From a virus (Duplodnaviria > Caudoviricetes): DNA of 64,000 nt. The stretch spans positions 3,946 through 67,945 of the IMG/VR virus record IMGVR_UViG_3300048576_000125; one strand, written 5' to 3'. The position numbers and the translations under genes are program-made. Positions 8,271-16,219 of this stretch are shown here, piece after piece. Below the pieces are notes generated by a model. It saw only the letters and a list, made by a program, of their open reading frames with translations, did not search any database and was not told where the DNA came from. How positions within the stretch are numbered: position 1 is the stretch's first letter; each line of letters starts with the position of its first letter.

Positions 8271-10013
8271 ATGCCTCTGCCCGACAAGCTGAGAGAGACC
8301 GTTCTGCCCCGAGGTCAGGAGGGCCTGCTGCCCCCCGGTCCCGTGGCACCTGGCGTGGGTGAGGTGGACCCCGCCACCGTGCGCACGGCAGAAGCCCAGG
8401 CCCAGGCGCGTTTGGATGAGGCCACCGGCCACATGCAGGCCCTGGCGCGCGACCTCACGCCCCAGATGGCCCGGGAAGTGGCCGCGCGCACGGCGCGGCT
8501 GGAGGCCCGGGGCGCCGTGGAGGAGGTGCTGGCGGAGGATCGGCGCCGGCAGGAGGAGGAGGCCGCCACGCGCAAGGACAAGCTGCGGCCCTTCTATGGC
8601 TTCATGGAGAGCCTGCGGAACCTCGCCACCAACGGCCCCGGCGGGGAGGGCCCGGAGGGCCGCACGGAACTGGTGCTGAAGCTGTACCGCCTGGTGGAGA
8701 CGGGCGGGCCCAAGGCGCAGCGGGTGTTCCAGACCCAGGTGATGCTGGATCACGATCATGCCCTGAGCCTGGGAGATCCGGATTTCGAGGGGCGCACGCT
8801 CGAGTGGGCGATGCAGCAAGGCACCTTCGGGCGCTTCGAGTGGCGCATGCTCGGCTGGGCGGACGGGGAAAGCATCCTCGACACCACCTATGTGGTGACG
8901 GTGGAAGCGCCGGCCAACTACGTGCCCCCGGCGCGGCCGGCGGTGGCGGCGGAGCCGGAGCAGCGGCCGGATCCCATGGGGCAGATGCGGGAGACGCTGG
9001 GGCTGATGGGCATGATGCGCGAGGCCCTGGGCCTGAAGGGCGGCGGAAGCGGCCCGGACGCCACCAGCCTGGAGGCCCTGAGGGCCGCGGCGGACACGCG
9101 GGCGCGGCTGGAGGAGCGGGACCGCTGGGACCGTGAGAAGCGCGACCTGGAGGACCGGCACCGCCGGGCCCTGGAGGAGGCGGAGACCAAGGGCCACGCC
9201 CGGGGCCTGGAAGAGGGCCGGCGGGAGGTGCGGGACGAACTCCAGCCGAGGCTCCAGGAGCTGACGTGGAAGCTGGAGGCGGGCGGCCCGGGCCCGGACG
9301 TGCTGGACCGCATCGTGGGGGCCATGGGAGGGCCCGAAGGGGTGTCCTCCCTGGTGGGCGCCGTGGTGGGGGCCCTGAACAAGCCGAAGGCCGCGGCCCC
9401 GAAGCCGATCCCGGCCCGCACCAAGCCGGAGATCAAGGCCCGCATGCTGGCGGAGCGCCGGGGCCAGGGCCTGGCGGCGCCTACCCCTGCCCCCCACCCT
9501 GCGCCCGGGAACGTGCAGCCCCTGGCGACGCTGCCCACGCCCCACGCCTTCGCGGAGGCGCTGGACAGCCTGCGGGAGGCCCTGGCGGTGCTGGAGGAGC
9601 AGTTGGAGGACCACCCGGAGAACGCGGAGGCCCGTCAGCTGCTGGAGGCGCTGGAGGCGGTGGAGCAGGAAGCGGAGAAGCCTGAGCAGCTGGGCGCCTG
9701 GTGGCAGGCCTGGACCTGCCAGTGGAAGACCACCGCGGAGGAGATCACCCAGGCCGCGGAGGCGGCCGAAGCCCTGGAGGAAAGCCCCATGGACATCGAA
9801 GGCCTGAAGAGCCTGCTACGGCAGCGCCTGGACGAAGGCGCCAGCGCGGAGGCGATCCTAGCGGAGCTGCGGGAGCTGGTGCCCCCGGAGACGCTGGAGC
9901 AGTGGAAGGGCCTGCTGCGATTTGTGCCCGTCAGTGCAGCTGTGGGGCTGCTGGGCGTGGAGGAGCGGCACAGGGGAACGGTGGAGGAAGTCTTGGAGAG
10001 AGTGAAGGCCTGA
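8271..10013 (+). CDS. Large hypothetical protein (coiled coils plus one beta-rich segment), 580 aa
   Basis: AAGGAG RBS; codon usage like the element core; no motif recognised. Confidence 0.8.
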   Translation: MPLPDKLRETVLPRGQEGLLPPGPVAPGVGEVDPATVRTAEAQAQARLDEATGHMQALARDLTPQMAREVAARTARLEARGAVEEVLAEDRRRQEEEAATRKDKLRPFYGFMESLRNLATNGPGGEGPEGRTELVLKLYRLVETGGPKAQRVFQTQVMLDHDHALSLGDPDFEGRTLEWAMQQGTFGRFEWRMLGWADGESILDTTYVVTVEAPANYVPPARPAVAAEPEQRPDPMGQMRETLGLMGMMREALGLKGGGSGPDATSLEALRAAADTRARLEERDRWDREKRDLEDRHRRALEEAETKGHARGLEEGRREVRDELQPRLQELTWKLEAGGPGPDVLDRIVGAMGGPEGVSSLVGAVVGALNKPKAAAPKPIPARTKPEIKARMLAERRGQGLAAPTPAPHPAPGNVQPLATLPTPHAFAEALDSLREALAVLEEQLEDHPENAEARQLLEALEAVEQEAEKPEQLGAWWQAWTCQWKTTAEEITQAAEAAEALEESPMDIEGLKSLLRQRLDEGASAEAILAELRELVPPETLEQWKGLLRFVPVSAAVGLLGVEERHRGTVEEVLERVKA

Positions 10014-10174
10014 GGACTTGGCACCGAGAGGGGGTAATAGGCGTTACCGAAGCTTTGCAAAAGTGATAGATAGGAGTTTTCAAAACAAGATGGGAGGACG
10101 AGATGTCGGCATTACACATAAATTTTGATCAACATTGATTGGCACAGCGAACCGATGATCAAGACGCGGATGCA

Positions 10175-10636
10175 TTAGGCCCTAAAACCATATGTATTTT
10201 TGACGCGAATAGACCTCATAAGATATAATGACCAAATCGTTGGGGTAATAAACGACGCCATTAGCTCTGGAAGCATTGGCTCGAATTTCATGCCTTCAAA
10301 GATATAAAGCCTCGATGCTACAACTAACAGTTTTGATATAGGTCCAGCAATCCAAAGGGCGCAGATTGCAAAGATTACACTCTTGGGTGTGTAAATTCTC
10401 CAAAGACGCCACCCAGATGCGATACTAATCGTAATTGCGAATAACATAATAGCTAAAGCCGCTTGTCGGTAGCGCATCCATTGGATATTTTGCGAAAATA
10501 GTTGGAATTTTCCAGCAGTGTTTTCGAATTCTGACATAAAATTGCCAATTCTTGTCAGAGGACCTAGAATCGTCATTATAATTGTCAAAAGCAATAGCCA
10601 ACCCGAGACGCCCTTAAGTATCTTATTTGTAGACAT
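10175..10636 (-). CDS. Membrane protein, DUF2569-like, 153 aa
   Basis: GVSGWLLLL start, 4 hydrophobic helices, YL-x2-S-x-RVKNT C-terminus; AAGGAG RBS; AT-rich. Confidence 0.7.
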   Translation of the reverse strand: MSTNKILKGVSGWLLLLTIIMTILGPLTRIGNFMSEFENTAGKFQLFSQNIQWMRYRQAALAIMLFAITISIASGWRLWRIYTPKSVIFAICALWIAGPISKLLVVASRLYIFEGMKFEPMLPELMASFITPTIWSLYLMRSIRVKNTYGFRA

Positions 10637-10648
10637 TGTGGCTCCTTG

Positions 10649-10707
10649 TGCTAACGAAACAACTTCGAAAACCAGAGGCGGCATCCAACTTTAGCTCGCG
10701 GTTAGAC
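10649..10707 (-). other. Degenerate 59-bp attC-like site
   Basis: GTCTAAC...GTTAGCA ends 59 bp apart, but the inner L boxes do not pair well. Confidence 0.3.
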
Positions 10708-10722
10708 AGTATAGGAAATTGC

Positions 10723-10769
10723 ATAAAACACCAAAGAAGCAAGGACCAAATGGTCCATGTTTCTTTGGT
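10723..10769 (-). terminator. Hairpin terminator downstream of the Ada-domain gene
   Basis: ACCAAAGAA..GGACC/GGTCC..TTCTTTGGT stem followed by GTTTT on the minus strand. Confidence 0.55.
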
Positions 10770-10781
10770 TTTGGCAAGATG

Positions 10782-10985
10782 TTACGGCCGACAGTAGGAA
10801 CAGGGGCGATATCCAGCATCAATCGCCGCTTGGCGATTGGAAAAACCAACGCGATGGTCAGGCTTAATTTGGGTTACATACCGGCAAGTGGACTGATGAA
10901 AAACTTTGGAGCTGCGGTTGCCAACATAGCTCCCGTATTGAAGAAGGAGTGTGGTGGCAGCGAGAACTGCGAGTCGCACAATCAT
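10782..10985 (-). CDS. Stand-alone Ada-type metal-binding domain protein, 67 aa
   Basis: YVGN-x2-SKVFH-x3-C...AIDAGYRPC-x2-C-x-P signature; hydrophobic N-terminus; GGGAG RBS. Confidence 0.8.
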   Translation of the reverse strand: MIVRLAVLAATTLLLQYGSYVGNRSSKVFHQSTCRYVTQIKPDHRVGFSNRQAAIDAGYRPCSYCRP

Positions 10986-11065
10986 GCGTGTCTCCCTTAC
11001 ATGAAGTTTCGTTCTTCTACAATACTGACTGTAGGTAAAATGTGAAAATCACAAAAACAAAAGGC

Positions 11066-11151
11066 ATCTAACGACTGACATAACCGGACCAACAGCCGCA
11101 GGCTCTTGGTCAGAGCCATAGAAGTTGGCAGTGTTGATGGAGTGGTTAGGC
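11066..11151 (-). other. Integron attC site (86 bp), same polarity as its ORF
   Basis: Minus strand GCCTAAC-5nt-CATCAAC..GGTTATG-6nt-GTTAGAT; extrahelical C in the L'' box; 17 bp after the upstream stop. Confidence 0.8.
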
Positions 11152-11168
11152 CGCACGGGCTGTTAAAC

Positions 11169-12071
11169 TCAAGTTGGCATTGATTGTTGTATTTCTACAA
11201 CCCTTGGAATATGGTCCAAAACTTCGATGATCTCATAAGCCTCATTAACATAAATACCGGCTCCTGGCGACAATCTTTGCTTAACTCGCATGATTACTTT
11301 CAAACTATCTCCAGGAGCGATCGTGATTTCATGCGCGGCAAATTTTCTATAAAATTCCTGATGAAGAATCGGTGCTGAAATGGGAATGCCGCCCATTGAA
11401 AACTGCCAACGACGCTTTGACTTAGCTAAAACGGCCCGAAGAATTTGAACATCAGCATGTTCGGTGATTTCGCGAATGATTGGCTTCTCGTCACCGGCCA
11501 AAAGCGAAGCACGCTGGAGCCGCTCTCGCGGGATAGTAAGTTGTGGAACAGAATCATCCATGTTTCGCGCAAAACCGATGTATGCAACTTTTTCATCTTC
11601 TTCAACGGACTTCGACACGGCAGCAATGGATTGCGTAAACCTTTCATCCTTTTCGAGAGCCACGATGTGATCGTGAACATGACGAGGCACAATTATTTTT
11701 TCGCCTTCATGCTCGATTACGACTTCTGAAGAATTCACTGTAATCTCAATTTTTGAATCAGGTTGAAATGTGTGTATAAATATATAACTTGCAATAATAT
11801 TTAGCACGATATTTTTGAGACCCGCGCCAGAGAATAGATTGTTTTGATTTTGGAAATATGACGAAATTTTGGCTTTAAAACTCCCACTACCAATGGCTTC
11901 GACAACAATTTCAATTTCGTATCCAGGATTGATAGTGTCATTGGCCGCTTTCGCTGCATCTGCGAGGTTCGCCAATGTACTCGCTAGAGTGTAGGCATTA
12001 ATTCGGCGTTCTTCGGTTCCAAAATGGATAACAAAACTGTCCTCGAATTCTCCAATTCGAATCGTAGTCAT
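11169..12071 (-). CDS. Hypothetical protein, 300 aa (AT-rich cassette cargo)
   Basis: GGAGG RBS before ATG 12071; low GC; directly followed by attC. Confidence 0.8.
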   Translation of the reverse strand: MTTIRIGEFEDSFVIHFGTEERRINAYTLASTLANLADAAKAANDTINPGYEIEIVVEAIGSGSFKAKISSYFQNQNNLFSGAGLKNIVLNIIASYIFIHTFQPDSKIEITVNSSEVVIEHEGEKIIVPRHVHDHIVALEKDERFTQSIAAVSKSVEEDEKVAYIGFARNMDDSVPQLTIPRERLQRASLLAGDEKPIIREITEHADVQILRAVLAKSKRRWQFSMGGIPISAPILHQEFYRKFAAHEITIAPGDSLKVIMRVKQRLSPGAGIYVNEAYEIIEVLDHIPRVVEIQQSMPT

Positions 12072-12089
12072 TTCGCCTCCATGCATTCA

Positions 12090-12836
12090 TCACTTTGTGA
12101 GTTCGTTTTGTTTATCGAAGATCTGAATGTTCTCTTTTGCAATAATTGAAACATTGCTATTTTGTTCCCTTTTACGAGAAAGCAATCTCATCCCAGATGA
12201 CACAAGAGCGATTGACACAACAGAGATGACGGTCGGTAATACCGTGCTAATAAACTTCAATGCAGTATTTGCTGTTGGTGTGTAAATTTGTTTGCTTTGA
12301 GATACAAACATAAAAACCGACAACACGGCGACAACCAAACCAAGCATAATGCTTACAGATGTAAGCAAATTTGATCTATAGTCGCTATATACTGATTTGT
12401 TAAATATTTCGGATTCGTCTCGGCACCTCTGTTTATTTTCTTCTGTATTCGCTTGTTTTGGTGGATCGATAAGATCCGACAACATTTCACAATATCTATG
12501 TTTTTCTTTTGCGGATATGAAACTTGAATCCATAACTTCTTTGATAAGGTTTTGAAGAACCTGAACACTAGTTAGCAAGTCTCTCTTTTCGAGTTCATAC
12601 TTTCTAGCTGTAGCAACAATAACGCGAATTATAACCCGTTTAGTCGGCAAAATGCTTTCCGATATGCACGGCCGAATGGCATACAAAATCTCCTGATTAG
12701 CTATAGCGACTTTTTGTCGAAATTCCTTGTCGTCGCGTTTTGTTAACCATTTTTTTGAAAAAAAGGTAACAGCCAAACCGCTTAAGGTACCCCCGCCGAT
12801 CCCAACAACCCATGGGTTGTTAATAACTTCAATCAT
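12090..12836 (-). CDS. Hypothetical membrane protein, 248 aa (AT-rich cassette cargo)
   Basis: GGAGG RBS; N-terminal and two C-terminal hydrophobic helices; preceded by GTTAGGT core site (12858-12864, minus). Confidence 0.75.
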   Translation of the reverse strand: MIEVINNPWVVGIGGGTLSGLAVTFFSKKWLTKRDDKEFRQKVAIANQEILYAIRPCISESILPTKRVIIRVIVATARKYELEKRDLLTSVQVLQNLIKEVMDSSFISAKEKHRYCEMLSDLIDPPKQANTEENKQRCRDESEIFNKSVYSDYRSNLLTSVSIMLGLVVAVLSVFMFVSQSKQIYTPTANTALKFISTVLPTVISVVSIALVSSGMRLLSRKREQNSNVSIIAKENIQIFDKQNELTK

Positions 12837-13085
12837 TTGAAAGCCTCCTGGAAAGCGACCTAACTTTGAATCCGGCGACTGAATCTGGTTTGGTCCATAT
12901 CGGTCCTTTCCCCAGAGTCTCAGCCACTTCGAGTGGGTATTTGTGGGATTCATTTGTTCCCGCCCATCATAGCCACCCGAATCAGTTCATGGGAACCCCT
13001 TCGTTAGAGGCGTTTCCCATGTCCCCTTTGCCACACGAGGCCATGAGCGGCCACGGGCCTGGGAACGGGCGCCGATGCTGGCTTC

Positions 13086-13709
13086 ATGTGGCGTGCTCCC
13101 GATCCCGTGGACTATCGACCGCCCCGGCTCCGGGCGGCTTCTGAAGGCCAGCTCGGCCAGGTCCAGGCGGGGGCACGCCCGACCTCCTTCACGCGAACCC
13201 TGAACGTCTGGGGCAGTTCCGACGAACAGGCCCGCAAGAAAGTCCGCCTCATCGGGGAACAGGTCGTGAAGCCCGCTCTTGCCGAGGGCACGCGGGGCCT
13301 GGCCTTCACGCGCGGGCTGCTGGCGCAGGCCCTCAGCGGCGTGGCCGGCGGGGTCAACGGCCACAAGAAAGGCCCGCTGGCGGTGCGGGTCTTCGAGTGG
13401 GTGAAGGGCCGCCTGCGCTATGTGAACGATCCGCGGAATGTGGAGCTGTTCCAGCAGCTGCCGGAGCTGTTCCGGGGCGGCATCGGGGATTGCGACGATT
13501 TCACGGCCGCTTTGGCGGCGCTGTTCACGGCTGCGGGGATTCCCGTCAAGGCCCGCATCATCCAGCTTCCGGGCGTGAAGGGATGGGCCCACATCTACCC
13601 GGTGGCCTTCGTGGATGGCGCCTGGCGCGCCTTCGACGCCACGGAGCGGTGGCCGGCGGGATGGGAGTTCCGCAACGCCACGCGGCGGCTGGATCTGGAG
13701 CTGCTATGA
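13086..13709 (+). CDS. Transglutaminase-like (papain-fold) Cys-His-Asp enzyme, 207 aa
   Basis: GDCDD (Cys), WAHIYP (His), AFDAT (Asp); RYVNDP upstream; start uncertain. Confidence 0.85.
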   Translation: MWRAPDPVDYRPPRLRAASEGQLGQVQAGARPTSFTRTLNVWGSSDEQARKKVRLIGEQVVKPALAEGTRGLAFTRGLLAQALSGVAGGVNGHKKGPLAVRVFEWVKGRLRYVNDPRNVELFQQLPELFRGGIGDCDDFTAALAALFTAAGIPVKARIIQLPGVKGWAHIYPVAFVDGAWRAFDATERWPAGWEFRNATRRLDLELL

Positions 13710-14053
13710 GCGCGATCCAGGTTCTTTCCGGCTTCGGGGATGCGTCCCTGCCCGTGGCGGTGGCACCGCAGAGCACGGGCCTTCTGCCCTCGTTCCTGAA
13801 CACCATCACCAACGTGTCTGGACAGGTGGTGTCGGCTTTGACCGCGGTGGGCCAGGCGAAGGCGGCGCTGCGGGACGTGAAGCGCAAGACCAAGTACCAG
13901 TTCAACGCCGTGGCAGACGCCTGGGGCAACAACATCAACAAGACACCCGACCTCCCGGGCAGCACCTGGATTCCAGGGATTCCCAACGGCGCCGTGATCG
14001 GCGCGGGCGTTGGCCTGGTCCTGCTCGTGGTCCTCATGAATCGGAGCCGCTGA
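13706..14053 (+). CDS. Putative virion membrane protein, 115 aa
   Basis: ATGA overlap; C-terminal TM GAVIGAGVGLVLLVVLM; N-terminal VLSGFG. Confidence 0.7.
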   Translation: MSAIQVLSGFGDASLPVAVAPQSTGLLPSFLNTITNVSGQVVSALTAVGQAKAALRDVKRKTKYQFNAVADAWGNNINKTPDLPGSTWIPGIPNGAVIGAGVGLVLLVVLMNRSR

Positions 14054-15429
14054 TGAGCGCCGTGTTTCTCATGCCCGCGGAGGCGGGTCTTTCCGGCCTG
14101 GATGGCTTCAGCTTCAAGAAGGTGTTCAAGAAGCTGAAGAAGATCGCCAACCCGCTGAACATCGGGAAGAAGGGCTTTGCCCTTGGGCTTCCGATCCCGG
14201 ACAAGAAGAAGAAAAAGAAGAAGCCCGCCACGCCGGCCGCCATCGCGGCGGCGCAGGCCAAGGCGCAGGCGAAGGCGGCCGCCAAGGCTCGGGCTGCTGC
14301 GCTGAAGGCCGACAAGGCGGCGAAGAAGCGCGCGGCGCAGCTGGCAGCGCGCCAGAAACGCATGTCGAAGCTCACGCAGGCGCCCACGGTGGTCACGCGG
14401 GACACGCCCGTGCTGATCCCCACCACGGTCACGTCCCTGGTGCCCACGACCACGCCCGCGGTGAGCGTGCCCACGGTGAGCACGCCCACGGTCATCAGCA
14501 CGCCCACGCTGGCCTCCCAGGTCATGCCCATGGGCCTGGGCCCGGTGTCCATCCGTCCCGGGGGCGCGGCGCCGGCCTGGGGCTTCCAGCGGAGCCCGGT
14601 CTACCAGGCGCGCTTTGGCGGCCTGGATGCCGTGCGGCGGGATCGGGTGGTGCGTCCTCCCTGGGGACGCCGGGGCCAGGGGCGCCAGGCGGGCGCGCGG
14701 CAGCTGATGCGCACGCCGCGGGTGGGCGATGAGGACCGGCCCGGCTGGGGCTTTGAACGCAGCCGCAACGCCACGCGCATGGCCCTGGGCGGCCGTGCGG
14801 TGCGCGTGCAGCGGGGCATCGAGGGCCTGGACGGCCTGAGCCTCAAGAAGCTCGGGAAGGGCATCAAGAAGGTGGGGAAGAAGGTCGGCAAGGCACTGAA
14901 GAAGGTGGCCAAGCCCCTGGCGGCGGTGGCGGTGACGGCGGCCAGCCTCTACGCCATCGGGGCCACGGGAGGCGCCGCCGGCGGCGTGCTGGCGAAGATG
15001 AAGGCGGGCCTGGGGATCCTGGGGAACAAGGCATATAAGGGCCTGAAGGCCGCCAAGAACGGCATGTCCAAGCTCCTGGGCGGCCAGCCCGTGGGGAGCC
15101 TGACGCCCCAGGAGATTCAGCAGCTCCAGCAGGCGAACCAGCAGAGCGGCGGAGCGATCCTGCCGGCGGAAGTCTCCGACGTGCTGAAGCAGGTGGTCAT
15201 CACGAAGCTCACGGGGACCGCCACGGCTCCCGGAGCCGCGGCACCTGGTGCGACGTCGCCGGGCGCAGACACGGACCTGACAACGCCTGACGCTGGCGGC
15301 GCGGGTGGAGGCGGCGGGAACCCCTTCAGCAAGAAGGATCCCAGCAAGCCCGGAGAGATGCCGGAATGGCTTCTGCCGGTGGGCATCGGCGCGGGGGCCC
15401 TGGTGCTCCTGATGGCCCTGCGGAAGTGA
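14053..15429 (+). CDS. Putative virion membrane/entry protein with Lys-rich amphipathic helices, 458 aa
   Basis: TGATG overlap; GLDG-FSFKKVFKKLKK and GLDG-LSLKKLGKGIKKVGKKVGKALKK; Thr/Pro linker; C-terminal TM. Confidence 0.75.
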   Translation: MSAVFLMPAEAGLSGLDGFSFKKVFKKLKKIANPLNIGKKGFALGLPIPDKKKKKKKPATPAAIAAAQAKAQAKAAAKARAAALKADKAAKKRAAQLAARQKRMSKLTQAPTVVTRDTPVLIPTTVTSLVPTTTPAVSVPTVSTPTVISTPTLASQVMPMGLGPVSIRPGGAAPAWGFQRSPVYQARFGGLDAVRRDRVVRPPWGRRGQGRQAGARQLMRTPRVGDEDRPGWGFERSRNATRMALGGRAVRVQRGIEGLDGLSLKKLGKGIKKVGKKVGKALKKVAKPLAAVAVTAASLYAIGATGGAAGGVLAKMKAGLGILGNKAYKGLKAAKNGMSKLLGGQPVGSLTPQEIQQLQQANQQSGGAILPAEVSDVLKQVVITKLTGTATAPGAAAPGATSPGADTDLTTPDAGGAGGGGGNPFSKKDPSKPGEMPEWLLPVGIGAGALVLLMALRK

Positions 15430-15436
15430 GGCGCAC

Positions 15437-16219
15437 GTGTACGCGGAAACGTTCAAGGTGCGCGCCTGGCTGGAGGAGCCCGCGAAGTGGCTCCAGTGGG
15501 CCTTTTCGGGGATCCAGTCGAACCCGCGGAAGCTGGCGGAAGCGGAGTACAACCTGCGGAAGTTCTGGGAGGCGCTAGGCGCCGCCAAGGGCCAGGCCCG
15601 CACGCCCCAGGAGTGGGGCGAGGTGATGACGCTGGACGCGCAGAGCCAGCTGGCGCTGGGGTGGCTCTACCAGGCGCAGCAGCTGGAGCAGCTGACGAAG
15701 GTGAGCGCCTACCAGGCATCGCAGCGCTTCGCGGCGAAGCTGGCGGCGCTGCCGGTGCTGGGCGTGGGGATGATGTTCGCCAGCAAGAACGCGGACAAGG
15801 TAGCCAACTGGCTGGTGAACCAGACGAACCCCATTGCGCGGAGCATGGGGGAGAAGGTGGCGGAGCTGGGCCGGCGCGCTACGGCGGCTTTCGCAGCCTC
15901 CAAGAAGCTGGCGGCCCAGGCGGAGGCGGCCTACCGCCAGGCGAAGGTGAAGCCCACGGAGCAGCAGGCCAGCAACACGCTGGTGGTGGCGGGGAACGCT
16001 TCCCGCCAGGCCGTGGACGTGAACAAGGCCGCCGATCGGACCCGGGACAACCTGACCAAGGACATGAGCCCAGCGGACGCCTTCAGCAAGGGCCTGAAGG
16101 ACGCCCTCAACTTCACGGTGTGGGGCCTGCCCGTGTGGGGCTGGGGCCTGATGGCGGTGGGCCTTGTGCTGGCCCTGCCGAAGCCCGCGCCCGTGGTGGC
16201 CCTGCGGAGTCGTGCATGA
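15437..16219 (+). CDS. Putative virion membrane protein, 260 aa
   Basis: GTG start after GAGG; helical; C-terminal TM VWGLPVWGWGLMAVGLVLAL. Confidence 0.7.
   Translation: MYAETFKVRAWLEEPAKWLQWAFSGIQSNPRKLAEAEYNLRKFWEALGAAKGQARTPQEWGEVMTLDAQSQLALGWLYQAQQLEQLTKVSAYQASQRFAAKLAALPVLGVGMMFASKNADKVANWLVNQTNPIARSMGEKVAELGRRATAAFAASKKLAAQAEAAYRQAKVKPTEQQASNTLVVAGNASRQAVDVNKAADRTRDNLTKDMSPADAFSKGLKDALNFTVWGLPVWGWGLMAVGLVLALPKPAPVVALRSRA

Noticed and set aside
8640-8670. GEGPEGRT as the Walker A of a packaging ATPase
   Set aside because: Arg instead of Lys, no preceding hydrophobic strand, no Walker B
15487-16215. 927-aa version of the NP protein
   Set aside because: The upstream part overlaps the 260-aa gene and is low-complexity; ATGA coupling supports start 16216
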